In this document: in pieces, positions 12,900 through 28,300 of the stretch | Numbering within the stretch: position 1 is the first letter of the stretch | Layout of the letters: every line of letters begins with the position of its first letter | Assembly (NCBI GenBank): GCA_053919585.1 | Contig: CM132786.1 | Strand: one strand, 5' to 3' | Source of the DNA: Euprymna scolopes | Taxonomy: Eukaryota | Length of the DNA stretch: 64,000 nucleotides | Notes under the pieces: generated by a model | Told to the model about the DNA's origin: nothing | The model's input: only the letters and a program-made list of their open reading frames with translations | Database searches by the model: none | Made by a program: the position numbers and the translations under genes

Positions 12900-14000
12900 T
12901 CTTCATGTAATGAAGAAATGCTCCGTTCGCCTGGCCGGAGAAAATTAATGAGGAACTTTAAAGAATTGAACCATCGATATCCTATCGAAACTAGTCAGTC
13001 AGTGAACAGTCTTTAACGTATAAGTCAGAAAGAATTCAAAATAAATTCGTATTTATGCTGATTTCTCTATTGGGTTGAATTCAGTATAACAGACTACCAT
13101 TATCCATTTTCTAACCACGGAGAAGTTTTCTTTAATAAGCTAAATGGAGGAAATATCTTTTCTAACTTCGATCTGAGTAATGCACACATCCAAGTTCACG
13201 TTGATGGAAATAGCCCAAAGTTTCCTCGTTTTTACCCCAATGAGAGGAAATCTAAAATCGAAGAGTTAGCTTTTGGAGTCAAGGTAGCCGTGCCATTTTT
13301 TTTTAGAGAATTCTAGATATTATATTTGAAATCCTGCAATATCATACCTGTATGATATCATCATAAGTGAGACTAAGGGATAGCAGCGAGAGCATGTCCA
13401 CAAGTTTTTCTCTATACTCTAATACAGATTTTTTTTTAATAAAAAAAGAAAAATGAAATTTCTACATAGAAGAAATAGAATATTATGGAAACATGGTCAA
13501 CTCCTGCAAGGGTTGTGTTCTTACGGAAACCACTCCATTTCCATTTAATCTATGGTATAAACTAGACAAACCCTTGTCTAGAATTCATGTAGAATTCTAA
13601 GAGCCACTGAAGGATTGGCATTATAAAATTGTGTTGGACAACTACACAGAATAACCAGTGTTTAGATACAAGAGACTCATGACAAAGTAGTCTCTTTATT
13701 TCATCCATTTATTATTTTTCCGGATTGGAATTACAACTACTTAGTAAGAATGAAACTCAATTTACATCCATGAACACCGACGAGTTCTGTGAAGCTTTTC
13801 AAATGAAATATATGATCATTCTCCAGTACAAGCCGCTATCCAACCGACAGTCGGAATACTTCGTTGGCACTTTGAAACAAGAATCCAATAAGCATGGGAC
13901 ATACTACAGACACAGTACTGCAAGAGATTCTACGGGTTAATACGATCCCACGTAAACTTAAAACACCGTTAGCAGTATTCTCAGCATAGACTATGTTCCA
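12900..14000 (+). mobile_element. Ty3/Gypsy pol relic (RT plus integrase, RNase H region apparently deleted)
   Basis: IYADFSIGLN, KLNGGNIFSNFDLSNAHIQV, LAFGVKVA (RT); SCKGC, KPLSRIHVEF, ETQFTS..F..F (integrase); many stops. Confidence 0.75.
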
Positions 14001-14129
14001 GCGAAAAATAATTTCGTAATGTTCTTGCTAAAGCAAACAAAATTGAGAATGACTTCTATTGTATCTTAAAAAAACATAAACAAGTAGATAAAGTTTTCTG
14101 CAAAACTTAAAAAAGCAAACACTGACGGT

Positions 14130-15010
14130 GTTTATGTATAACTGACACCTTTAATGGTGTTCAAATTAAGAATTCTTTGCTAATGAACAAAACTAATAAT
14201 TGTATATCAACTTGCTAGGAAAAAGTTTGGGGGAAGCAGGTTGTAAAGTATTCCATACTCTGAAGACGTTGACGTATTGATTGTGAAAACTGCTCTAGAA
14301 CTGGAACAGGAGAAATAACATGTTTGTTGATAGCAGAAGACACTGGCCTATTTTTCGTCCTATGCAATCATGATAATAATGGTCATGGTTACAACATCTT
14401 CTTCTAAAGCTTGTGTCAAAAGTGTGACAGTCTTGAACTTCAAAGAAATAAGGAAATCTTTGGGAGACGTGATTTGTTACAACATTCTTTTCTTCTATAC
14501 ACTTATGGGTTGTGCTCTTACATCCAGTGTTCATGGAATTGAATGGCAGCGTCCCTTCGAAAAGTGCTGAACTATAGAAACTTCCTTAGACTGGCAGAAG
14601 TGTTTGGCAAAGACAGCAGTGCAGAAGAGGTTATTGAAACCGGAGAGAAGGCTTTGGTGTGCCTATACAATGGTAATCATCTCCGACTAAGACGTGTTAA
14701 GAAAAAGGTTGCAAAAAGCTCAAAGTGTGTCGAGGCTAAATCATTGCCACCAACAAGAGCAGCTACGAAATTCCACAGCCTTCGAGTTTACTTCCAGGAA
14801 TGGAAAGGTAGCCACGAGATGTAACCTGACGAGTTCGGATGGAAACTTTCAGATGGTAAATTACAACGAAACAAGACTGACTTACCACATGTTTCTATAA
14901 ATCTGTTAGTTGTAGTTAGGTGAAACTGTACTTCATGAAATATAGCAAGATGCAGTTGAATAAACATGGCATTCATTGTTTAAATTTGTGTGGCAATTGC
15001 AAAGGCTCAC
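14130..15010 (+). mobile_element. Academ-like (XPG/PIN nuclease plus Cys-rich) DNA transposon protein relic
   Basis: DVDVLIVKTAL, AEDT, MGCALTSSVHG (GCDTTS-like), GEKALVCLY, LPPTRAATKFHSLRVYFQ.W, FGW, then a Cys cluster (CLNLCGNCKG). Confidence 0.6.
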
Positions 15011-16868
15011 CACAACTAGCTCGTGTTGATATAAATATTGATTTAACTAGTTCTTGCCACGAAATGTTCTTTAGCCCGTTCATAAACTTGTTCTGTGGTT
15101 GATTATGCTAAAGTCTTGCCTATGCTTCGATGACTTGACAATTCCTTTATTGTACAATGTACTTATTTTGTACCTATTTTTTATGAAATGTAAGGAATAA
15201 ATGTAAAAATTAGTTCCTTGATAATAGCTAATTAGTCTGTTTTTTTGTACTTTTATATTCATATCTATATGAAAAATTAAAAACATGATAAAAATGGCAG
15301 GCACTAGGCATTTTCTGCTAGCAGTTATTCATTAAGCATAATGCTGCTTATCAATACAATTTAAAACACCAATAACTGTCAAGCTATCTTTGGATGGGCG
15401 CTGTGTAGGTTTAAATGCAAAAGATTTTTATTTTTTTATTTAATAATTTGTTTTTTTGTCAGGAAAAAATCATTGTTAGTCGGAAATGATGGGCATAATT
15501 GTCAGGAAATGTCGGAAAGTTTATGTCTCGTAATTGTAATAGTGTCAGGTTGGATTTGAAAAATTGATGGCGATTGTTGACTCCTTTCAGAAAGGTTATT
15601 TTGGTAAATTTCTTTTAATCTGTAGGAAAGGTTATGCATGCCTATTATACAAGTTAAAACATCTTTGCTATCATTTTCTTTGAGATTTAGCCCCATTTTT
15701 ACTGAACTAAAGTGCATAAAAGAAGGTTTATTAATGTACAAGCCGAAATACATGGCATAGAAATAATAGCAGGTTTTTTAATATGATAGAAGCGCGGCGG
15801 AATGTTCGCGTTTTCAGCACAATTAAAGCATGAACTCTTTTTTTATTTTTAAACTTTAATTCAAGCCATTTTATATAATAATAAGATTTTAAAATAAACA
15901 GTGTGTACTCTAAAGTACAATGTTTACTACAATGTATTTTAGACAAAGTCACTGTAGAGAAGCATATAAATCTTCCTCTTCGTGCACCGCGTTAAGTCCC
16001 CAAAAAGAGTAGGCAATCAAATGATTTGATTAAAAATATGGGCGATTTTACAGATTTCGATGCAAATCAAAACATGGGAAACCTTCATTCATCAATATTT
16101 GATTCTGCACAGCGTGGAATATTCCTGCTAGTCTACACATTGAAAAATACATACATAAAATTATAGCGCAATGAGTACTTGTATAATTTTACTTTTCAAA
16201 ATTAACGTCTATAATTTATGATGTAAAAATTAAAACAGATTTATAACCGACCACTATTTTGTAGAACGGACAATGGCATTTTATAAAACATGCTGTGTAA
16301 GGTAATTACCCACTCACAAACAGAAAGACTATAAGATAACTATTATATGTGTGCATTATTTGTAGATAAATCGTTAATGATCACTCGTACCGTAAAAGGA
16401 TTTATGACGCTTATATTTTCATCAAGATATGCGTTTAATAATTGCGACGATACTGGATAATTTATCATTAAGTTTAGGTGTTATTATTCGGCATTAAACA
16501 AACTTGAAAATGTTAAAACATCGGTATTACTGTCAGTGTAAATTATCAAAAGTATAGTTCAAACGATAATGAATCTGCGTTTATAACTTAAAAAAACAGA
16601 AGCATTGTAATGTATTATTACAACTTTTGTCTGTTTACGAATTTAATATATCTGATGCAATGTAATGTTGTTATCGCGTACTAAATTATTAAACGAAATT
16701 GAATCAAATCTAATCGTTTAAAAGAGTTTTATTTAATAAGTTAACTCACCATCGAATGAGTTCTCTTTTCAAGTAAGTATGCTTTATTAATCATTTAGAT
16801 CAAATAATCAGAAGTAGAATACATTGGTATTTGACTATATAGCAATTTATCATTTACACTTATTTTGT

Positions 16869-16945
<77 letters not shown>

Positions 16946-17010
16946 CTAGCGAGCAGCTTGGCATTGTCTGGTCGTACGGTACGTTTAAATATAATATTTT
17001 ACTCCATGCA

Positions 17011-18015
17011 TATTGTGTAACAAAAAAGTGAGTACACACCTCATATATCTTCAAATATTTAAGTATATCGCTTTATGGGACAACACCGTAAATAATTGTT
17101 TGATGCAATGGTAAGTTGTTTTTCTACAGCATATATAAGAGAGTAAAATTATTTTTCCCTCACAATAACTCAAAATATAACCATTAAAAGCAAATTTCCT
17201 GGCAACAATCGTGAGTACGCCCCTTAAAAAAGTTTTCAATATTAAAATATAACATGTCAACTCCCAATATTTTGTGAGTCCATTATCATTATCCAAAACT
17301 GCCTTTACTCTCCAGGGCATGGATTATACCAGGGCTTTAACTGTAGCCACTGGAGTGCTCTTCCACTCTTCGATTATGACATCGAGGAGCTAGCGGATAT
17401 TTGATACTTTGCACATCTCCACCTTCTTCTTGAGGATGAGCCAAAGATGTTCTATTGGGTTCAAGTCTGGAGACATGCTTGGCCAGTCCATCACTTTTAC
17501 CCTGAGCGATTTTAGTAAAGCAGTGATTGTCTTGGATGCGTATTTTGGGCCATTGTCAAGCTAGAACACGACGCTGCGACCCCGTTTCTGGAGGGAGCTG
17601 ATAATGCTCTTGTGTAGTATTTAACAGTACATGTTGGAGTTCATGTTTACCCCAATAAAATATAAATCTCCCATACCTGTAGCGCTCATGCAGCACTATA
17701 TCAGGACATAACCACCACCAAGCTTGACTATAGGCATGACAAACCTATCTGTGTACTCCTGAAATTGGTATGTCTGTCTGTCAACCCAGTAGGTAGCCTC
17801 TTTTGAAGACAATACACAGAAAGCCCACAAACAATTTGCTGAAGACATGTCAACAAAGCCCATAGATTACTGAAACTATATCTTATGGTTTGACGAGACG
17901 AAATTTAATTTGTTTAATTCTGATGGCCTTAAGCATATCTGGCGGCGAGCAGGAGCAAGTGAGGAGTACAAAGTGTGTCATGCCTACAGTCAATCATGGT
18001 GGTGGGAATGTCATA
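17011..18015 (-). mobile_element. Tc1-like DD34E transposon fragment with long IR/DR terminal repeat and an internal inversion
   Basis: Terminal repeat with two gtgagtac(a/g)c(a/c)cc direct repeats (~17028 and ~17211); minus strand LDNGPKY...[15 protein letters not shown] (34 residues D to E); 17790-18015 is on the plus strand with ILWFDETKFNLF. Confidence 0.85.
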
Positions 18016-18388
18016 TATGACTAAAGTGACATTATTGAATATTAATATTGATAATGGAAACAATAGTTAAAAGTGAGTGTTTAAAGTAACATTCAAAAAT
18101 AAAAATGTAAAGAATAATGTAGCTAAAAAATAAAGGTATAGATGAAAGACAAAACGATCAAATAAGTTAAGATATAAAATACAAATTCCATAATTAATCT
18201 GAAAGTATCAACGCATAATTAATAATAAATATAATTATTATTAAAATTATCATGGTCAATTATCATAAATATCGAAGTCATGAACATGCCTATCCTTTAT
18301 TACATTTTATCTCCAATAATCATTATCACAATTAGAGTAGATTATTATATCTAAACATGGAGATAAATTAATAATATAAATTTTGAGA

Positions 18389-18421
<33 letters not shown>

Positions 18422-19277
18422 CGCTCAACAACTTTCAAAGCCTCGCGTAGTAAATAAATAAAAAAAAACACTATGATAAGAAATGGAAGTGAGGGTGAAT
18501 GAGTGAGCGAGATTGGGGACGAGTAGGAAGGAAAAGGGCATAACTTATAATCACTTTTTTATTTGTTATTTGTGGTTCCCATTTTCATTCCCCGTCTTTC
18601 TATTTATCTATTCTTCCTTTCCATTTCTTATTTTCTCCCTTGCGTCCTTTTCTTTTTTTCCTTATCTCTTAACCCCTTTATTAATGTATGTAAGGATGAT
18701 AGTGGTGGGGCGGGGATGTACAATGGGGCAACGTAAGTTGTACATTTTTTGACCACGTAAAAATTCTAGTCAAATTAAAACCATTTATTTAACTAAATAA
18801 CCCCGATTTCCTCTGAAACTCCTTTATAGCAAAGATATTTTTAATTCACATTCCCCTGCTGATTATACCTATACACATTAGTATGTTTAAGATTTTCTTT
18901 CTAGCCTTTCATTACCTCTATCTTGATCCATAACCATCCACCCTTCCTCCTTCATTTCTATATAAAAAAAACTCAAGTCCGCACTCATAGTTGATCTTTT
19001 TTACATACACCAACAACATCTGACGGACCCCCCTCATATTAACTCCCTTCAACAACAGAGATCTGCTACTTTCATTGCAAACTTTGCTTCCGTATAAGGT
19101 GTACCGCCTTTATAGGTCTCTAGTTACTAGTAACTAGCTGACAGAAACATGCCCATGACTGTGTAGCAGCATATTACTTCTGATGTAAAAACAAATAAAG
19201 TGCATACTTTGCTTTACTTAAGTATTGGCCACTCTTGATAACACCTCGTTAAACTATATTGGAACACTATAACTCAG

Positions 19278-19337
<60 letters not shown>

Positions 19338-19906
19338 ATCTTATGTTATATGCATATATTTGTACAGGTGAGTATTTGTTTGTATACGTATGTGTATGTA
19401 CATATTAATATATACATAGAAAAGTAGCGTTCGTTTCTGTCTTAAAACAGTTGAACTTGTAAACGACATTTTCGTTCTTTTTTCGAACGAGAAATAGCCG
19501 TTGATTTACATATTGATAAATTGCGTATCTCCTCATAACGTCTTATATCCTTTGAATTCTTGTCTCTCTTGGAATAAATAATATCGTTGAAATTCAAAAT
19601 ATTGGACAGTTAAAGGTGCGTTTCTTCATTTTTATTTACTGTTTAATTACATTTTATTTTATTTTATATGTGTATATGTCCTGACGTGGAAGTTTCTCAT
19701 TTGCAATACCTCCTCTTCTTTTTCCTTCTCCCTCCTTTTCCTTTCCGCTTTTTCTCGTGTATGCTCATCACTTTCACTACACTGATGAAAACTGAAGTCT
19801 GTTTTTTTTTTAATAATATTATTTTTTATTCTTGAACGTCACCGGTAGAAAACGAATAAAGAAAAGTTATAAGCCTTTATACTTTTCGTATATTTTTTAA
19901 ATATAT

Positions 19907-19952
<46 letters not shown>

Positions 19953-20899
19953 ATGTATATATATGTGTGTATGTGTGTGTGTGGAAATGTTTAAGGAATA
20001 CGAAAAGTATAAAAGCTTATAAATTTTAGTTTTACGAAACACTGAAACATTGTAAATATAAATTTCATTATATTAGAAATATTTTTAAAATCTCCTATAT
20101 TTGATTGATGCCCAATTACGCTTTAACTTTCTTAACGTTGGGGCATTATTACGAGAGTCGACACTAATCAATGCCCGGATACCACTCAAGGATAAGCGAT
20201 AAATGTTAAATAGAATGCGAGAGAAGATAAGTCGCATTAGACTTGTAGACTTGTGTAAGTCTAGGTTATCTAAATGGACAATACTATAGGAATTTACTCA
20301 CCTTAGACTTGCAGACGATAAAGTTACAGTCAGTTAGTACGGAGACAAACGGTATTGCGTCCGATAAACCACAGTTCTAGAAAAGAAACTCTGCTCATTG
20401 AATTTACGTTTGATTTTTGGTACATATATAGTGTGGAAGTTTAGCTAGATGAGTATTTGTTCTTTATTTTACGGGGATTGACAATTAATTTGAGTTCACT
20501 CGACCATCCACTGTAAAAGTATCGATAGAGCAAGGATGGACTCGCAACGCCACTTCTGTGCGAATTGAAGAGGGAGACTGACAGAACATCACCCACTAAT
20601 TTTTTATGTTGTATTTGATTATTATACAGATAGAGGATTGCGTCGGGAATGAGATCCTAAAATTCTTTCTCAAGAATTTTGGCAAAGTATCTGATACAGG
20701 TCTTCCATTTCAGGTTTCGAACAAAGGTCAGTTATAGCTATTGTCGAAGCCGGGAGCTTCATTGAAACGAGATACATTCATTTTAACTGGAACAAAGAGG
20801 GTATCTTAGAATTAAACTTAAAAAAGCAGAAGTAAGGTTTTGGGTATATTGACGGGCAGTTTTTTACATTATTATACTACACGCTTCCGATTGAAGGAG

Positions 20900-21430
20900 A
20901 GAGAAACTGCAACATCCTAATCTTTATCGTACTTTGAAATGTTGATGTAGATCGTATTATCATCTGTATAGATATCATAAAATATGCGAAGGATGTTATT
21001 TGTGAAGTTGTTGATTTAGTGGCTTACCGAAACATGACTGTATAGCGACATATCAATTCTTATGTAAAACAAAGANNNNNNNNNNNNNNNNNNNNNNNNN
21101 NNNNNNNNNNNNNNNNNNNNNNNNNNNNNNNNNNNNNNNNNNNNNNNNNNNNNNNNNNNNNNNNNNNNNNNNNNNNNNNNNNNNNNNNNNNNNNNNNNNN
21201 NNNCGTTGTTACGTGTTTGGAGGTGTGTGTGGAGCAAAAAGTCGCGTCTTTCAGCGACTCCAAGACGGAATTTGGACCGTTAAAATAAGGCAAAGTGAAT
21301 CAAATTGATACAATGACTTAGAAAAATGACCCGCAAAATATCGACCCCTTCTAGTAGAAAACTGCCCATTTGAAGATGAAGGCATTAATGTTTTTGGCCA
21401 ATAGTTCAATGTTTATCGTCCGAAACATCG
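20900..21430 (-). mobile_element. Highly decayed Gypsy RT fragment spanning a gap
   Basis: VLESLKDATFCST (cf. L..AKFFSTLD), RYTVMF, IYTDD in the expected order. Confidence 0.35.
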
Positions 21431-22349
21431 AGCTTTGACATTACACCGAACTCAACTTTTCAAGCAGATATACAAACGTACACACATGCATAATACANNN
21501 NNNNNNNNNNNNNNNNNNNNNNNNNNNNNNNNNNNNNNNNNNNNNNNNNNNNNNNNNNNNNNNNNNNNNNNNNNNNNNNNNNNNNNNNNNNNNNNNNNNN
21601 NNNNNNNNNNNNNNNNNNNNNNNNNNNNNNNNNNNNNNNNNNNNNNNNNNNNNNNNNNNNNNATAATAGTCCTCCAAAATAACATCGTTCATTTGTACTG
21701 TTATAATTTCAAGTATCATACAATCTGTTTTAGCACTCTGCTCGTATATTACTATCTTAGACAATCTGGAATCTTTTCGGAAAATATCTGTGCAAATTAA
21801 TTCAATTGTTTTATCTACTATTTAATTTTTTAAAGAATATTTCTCTTAGTTCGAAATACAATTATTTTGAAAAGTTTCAATTAAATCACTTTTTTTTTCA
21901 GAATACTTTTAATGGCTGCAAAAGGTACTCCCTCATGAAGCTAATTTCCAAACAAAGTTTGCAATCGCCTCAGTCAATAAAGATAACACCAAGCTAAAAT
22001 ATTAACTTTCTAGATAAAAAGATAATTTAAAGAAAGTGGAATTAAAAAGAACAATATCAAATAAATAAGTATATGTATAATATATATATATGTGTGTGTG
22101 TGCGTGTGTGTGTGTGTGTGTGCGTGTGTATACGTGTGGGTGTATGTGTCCGCGTACATCAAACGGTTATAAATGTATTGATAAATCATTTTTTTAAGNN
22201 NNNNNNNNNNNNNNNNNNNNNNNNNNNNNNNNNNNNNNNNNNNNNNNNNNNNNNNNNNNNNNNNNNNNNNNNNNNNNNNNNNNNNNNNNNNNNNNNNNNN
22301 NNNNNNNNNNNNNNNNNNNNNNNNNNNNNNNNNNNNNNNNNNNNTCTGA

Positions 22350-25300
22350 ACCGGCTTTGTATTATTCTGTATCATATATTAATATATTGTTCTGTATCAT
22401 ACCATAATGTATTGTTCTGTATCATAGATTTATGTATTGTTCTGTATCATACATTAATGTATTGTTCTGTATCATACGTTAATGTATTGTTCTGTATCAT
22501 ACATTAATGTATTTTCCTATATCCTACATTTATGTACTGTTCTGTATCATACATTAATCTATTGTTCTGTATCATACATCAATGTATTGTTCTGTATCAT
22601 ACATAAATGTATTGTTTTGTATCATACATTAATGTATTTTCCTATATCCTACATTGATGTACTGTTCTGTATCATAGATTTATGTATTGTTCTGTATCAT
22701 AGATTTACGTATTGTTCTGTATCACAGATGTATGTATTGTTCTGTATCATAGTTTAATGTATTGTTCTGTTTCATAGATTAATGTATCGTTCTGTATCAT
22801 AAAATAATGTATTGTTCTGTATCATACATTAATGTATTGTTTCTGTATCATAGTTTTACGTATTATTCTGTATCACACATTAATGTATTGTTCTGTATCC
22901 TACATTGATGTACTGTTCTGTATCATACATCAATATATTGTTATGTATCATACATTACTGTATTGTTCTGAATCATACATTATTGTATTGTTCTGTATCA
23001 TACATTAATGTATTGTTCTGTATCATAGATTTATGTATTGTTCTGTATCATAGATTTGTGTATTGTTCTGTATCAGACATTTATGTATTGTTCTTTATCA
23101 TACATTGCTATGTTGTTCTGTATCATAGATGTATGTATTGTTCTGTATCACACATTAATGTATTATTCTGTATCGTACGTTAATCTATTATTCTGTATCA
23201 TACATTAATGTATTGTCCTATATCCTACATTGATGTACTGTTCTGTATCATAGGCTTATGCATTGTTCTGCATCATGCATTAATGTATTGTTCTGTATCA
23301 GCCAATAATGTATTGTTCTGTTTCATAGATATATGTATTGTTCTGTACAATTGATATATGTATTGTTCTGTATAATACATTAATGTATTGTTCTGTATCA
23401 TACATAATGCACTGTTCTGTATCAGACATCAATCTTTGCCCTATATCCTATATAGATGTACTGTTCTGTATCATAGATTTATGTATTCTTCTGTATCATA
23501 GCTTAATATATTGTTCTGCATCATAGATTTATGTATTGTTTTGTATAATAAATTTATGTACTCTACTGTATCATACATTAATGTATTGTCCTATATCAAA
23601 CATTGATGTACTGTTCTGTATCATACATTAATGTATTCTTCTGTATCATAGCTTTATGTATTGTTCTGTATCATAGAGTTATGTATTTTTCTGTATCATG
23701 CATAAATATATTGTTCTGTATCATAGATTTATGTACTGTTCTGTATCATAGATTAATGTATTGTTCTGTATAATAGATTTATGTATTGTTCGGTATATTA
23801 TATTTATCAACTGTTCTGTATACTAGATTAATGTATTGTTCTGAATCATAGATTTATGTATTGTCCTGGATCATAGATTAATATATTGTTCTGCATCATA
23901 TATTTATGTATTGTTCTGTATCATAGATTAATGTATTCTTCTGCATCATAGATTTATGTACTGTACTGTATCATACATTAATGTATTGTCCGATATCCTA
24001 CATTGATGTACTGTTCTGTATCATAGATTAATGTATTGTCCGGTATCATATATTTATGTATTGTTCTGTATCATAGATTTATGTATATTTCTGTATCATG
24101 CATAAATGTATTGTTCTGTATACTAGATTTATGTATTGTTCTGTATCATACATTAATGTATTGTTCTGTATCATAGATTTGTGTATTGTTCTGTATAATA
24201 GATTTATGTACTGTTCTTTATCATACATTTATGTATTTCTCTGAATCATAGATTTATTTAATGTTCTGTATCCTAGAGTTATGTATTTTCCTTATCCTAG
24301 ATTTATGTATTGTTCTGGATCATAGATTTATGTATTTTTCTGTATCCTAGATTTATATATTATTCTTTATCCTTGATTTATGTATTGTTCTGTATCATAG
24401 ATTTATGTATTGTTCTGTATCATACATTTATGTATTGTTCTGTATCATAGATTTATGTATTGTTCTGTATAATACATTTATTTACTGTTCTGTATCATAG
24501 ATAAATGTATTGTTCTGTATCATAGATTTATGCATTATTCTGTAATATGCAATCATGTTTTGTCTGTATCATACATTAATGTATTTTCTGTATCATACAT
24601 TAATGTATTGTTTTGTACCATAGATTAATGTATTGTTCTGCATCATACATTAATGAATTGTTCTGTATCCGACATTGATGTAATGTTCTTTACCATACAT
24701 TAAATTATTGTTATGTATCATACATTTATGTATTGTTCTGTATCAGACAATATTGTACTGTTCTGTATCATACATATATTTATTGTTCTGTATCCTAGAT
24801 TCATGTATTGTTCTGTATAATGTATTTATTTACTGTTCTGTGTCATATATTTATGTATTGTTCTGTATAATAGATATATGTATTGCTCCGTATCATAGAT
24901 TTATGTAATGTTTTGTATCATACAACAATGTACTGGTCTGTATGATACATTAATGTATTGTCCTATATCCTCAATTCAAGCGCTGTTCTGTATCATAGAT
25001 TTTTGTATTGTTCTGTATTATGCAATAATGCATTGCTCTGTACCATAGATTTATGTATTGGTCTGTATCATGCAATAATGTATTGTTCTGTATCATGGAT
25101 TCATGTATTGTTCTGTATCATGCATTAATGTATTGTTATGTATCAGAGATTTATGTATTTTACTGTATCATTCATTAATATATTGTTCCGTTTCATGTAT
25201 TCATGTATTGTTCTGTATCATAGATTAATGTATTGTTCTGTGTCATAGATTTATGTACTGTTCTATATCATAGATTTATACATGGTTCTGTATAATAGAT

Positions 25301-28300
25301 TTATGTATTGTTCTGTATCATAGATTTATGTACTTTTCTGTATCATAGATGTATGTATTGCTCTGTATCATTGATTTATGCATTGTTCTGTATCATAGAT
25401 TTATGTATTGTTCTGTATCATACATTAATGTATTGTTCTGTGTCATATATTTATGTATTGTTCTGTATCATAGATATTTGTATTGTTCTGAAACATACAT
25501 TAATGTATTGTTCTGTATCATAGATTCATGTATTGTTCTGTATCCTAGATGTGTGTATTGTTCTGTGTCCTAGATGTATGTATTGTTCTGTATCATGGAT
25601 TAATGTAGTGTTCTGTATGATGCATTAATTTATTGTCCTATACTCTACATTGATGTACTGTTCTGTATCATACATTAATGTATGGTTCTGTATCATAGAT
25701 TTATATATTGTTCTGTATCAAAGATTTATGTAATGTTCTGCTGTAATAGATTTAAGTATAGTTCTGTATCTGGCATTAATGTATTGTTCTATATCCTACA
25801 TTGATGTACTGTTCTGTATCATACATTAATATATTGTTCTGTATCATAGATTTATGTATTGTTCTGTATCATAGATTAATGTATTGTTCTGTATCATGCA
25901 ATCATGTATTGCCTGTATCATACATTACTGTATAGTCCTGTATCATACATTAATGTATCATTCTGTATCATACATACTTCTATTGTTCTGTATCATAGAG
26001 TTATATATTGTTCTGTATCATACATTTATGTATTGTTTTATATCATACATTAATGTATTGATCTGTATCCTAGATGTATGTATTGTTTTGTATCATATAT
26101 TTATGTATTGTTCTGTATCCTAGATTTATGTATTGTTCTGTCTCCTTGATTTATGTATTGTTCTGTATCATACATTAATGTATTGTCCTTTATCCTACAA
26201 AGATATAATGTTCTGTATCATACAGTAATGTAGTGTTCTGTATCATGCATTAATGTATTGTTATGTATCATAGATTTATGTATTGTTCTGTATTATAGAT
26301 TTATATATTGCTCTGTATCATAGATTTATGTATTGTTTGTATCATAGATGTATGTATTGTTCTGTATCATACATTAATGTATTTTTCTGTATCATACATT
26401 AATGTACCGTCCTGTATTATATATTAATGTATTGTTCTGTATCATAGATTTATGTATTGTCCTATATCCTACATTGATGTACTGTTCTGTATCATAGATT
26501 TATGTATTGTTCTGTATCAAACAATGATTTATTGTTCTGCATCATAAATTTATGTAATGTGCTTCATCAGAGATCTATATATTGTCTTGTATCATAAATT
26601 AATGTATTGTTCTGTATCATACATAATGCACTATTCTGCATCATACATTTATGTATTGTCCTATATCCTACATTTATGTGGTGTTCTGTATCATAGATTT
26701 ATGTATTGTACTGTGTCATAGATTAATGTATTTTTGTGTATCATAGCTTTATGTATTGTTCTGAATCATAGATTTATGTACTATACTGTATCATACATCA
26801 ATGTATTGTACTATATCCTACATTGATGTACTGTTCTGTATTATACATTAATGTATTGTTCTATATCCTAGATTTATGTATTGTTCGGTATCATATATGT
26901 ATGTACTGTTCTCTATCATACATTAATGTATTGTTCTGTATCATGCATAAATGTATTGTTCTGTATCATAGATTTATGTATTGTGCTGTATCATAAATTA
27001 ATGTATTGTTCTGTATCATAGATTTATGTATTGTTATATATCATATATTTATGTACTGTTCCGTATCATAAATTAATGTATTGTTCTGTATCATAGATTA
27101 ATGTATTGTCCTGTATCATAAATTTGTGTATTGTGCTGTATCCTAGATTCATGTATTGTTCTGTATCATACATTGATGTATTGTTCTGTATCCTAGATTT
27201 ATGTATTTTTCTGTATAATATATTTATTTACTGTTCTGTATCATATATTTATGTATTGTTCTGCATCAGAGATATATGTATTGCTCTGTATCATAGATTT
27301 ATGTAATGTTTTGTATCACACAACAATGTACTGGTCTGTATGATACATTAATGTATTGTCCTATATCCTCAATTCATGTACTGTTCTGTATCATAGATTT
27401 ATGTATTGTTCTGTATTATACATTACTGTATTTTCCTGTATCATAGATTTATGTATTGGTCTGTATAATGCAATAATGTATGGTTTTGTATCATGGATTC
27501 ATGTATCGTTCTGTGTCATGCATTAATGTATTTTTCTGTATCATAGATTTATGTATTGTTCTGTATCATAGATTTATGTATTGCTCTGTATCATAAATTA
27601 ATCTACGGTTCTGTATCATAGATTTATGTATTGTTCTGTATCATAGATTTATGTATTGTTCTGTATCATAGCTTTATGTATTGTTCTGTATCATACATTA
27701 ATGTATTGTTCTATATCCTACATTTATGTACTATTCTGTATCATACATAAATGTATTGTTCTGAATCATAGATTTATGTATTGTTCTTTATCATAGGTTT
27801 ATGTATTGTTCTGTATCATAGATGTATGTATTGTTCTGTATCATAGATGTATGTATTGTTCTGTATTATTGACTCATGTATTGTTCTGTATCATACATTA
27901 ATGTACTGTTCTGTATCATACATTAATGTATTGTCCTATATCCTACATTGATGTACTGTTCTGAATCATGGATTTATGTATTGTTCTGTATCCTTGATAT
28001 ATGTATTGTTCTGTATCATGCATTTATGTATTGTACTATATCCTACATTGATTTAATGTTTTGTATCACCCATTTTTGTATCATAGATTCATATATTTTG
28101 TCTGTATCATGCATTAATGTACTGTTGTGTATTAAACATTTATGTGTTGTCCCATATCCTACATTGATATACTCTTCTGTATCATAGATTTATGTATTTT
28201 TCTGTATCACAAGTTTATGTATTGGTCTGTATCATAGATTAATGTATTGTTCTGTATCATTCATGGCTTTATTGATCTGTATCATAGGTTACTGTATTGT

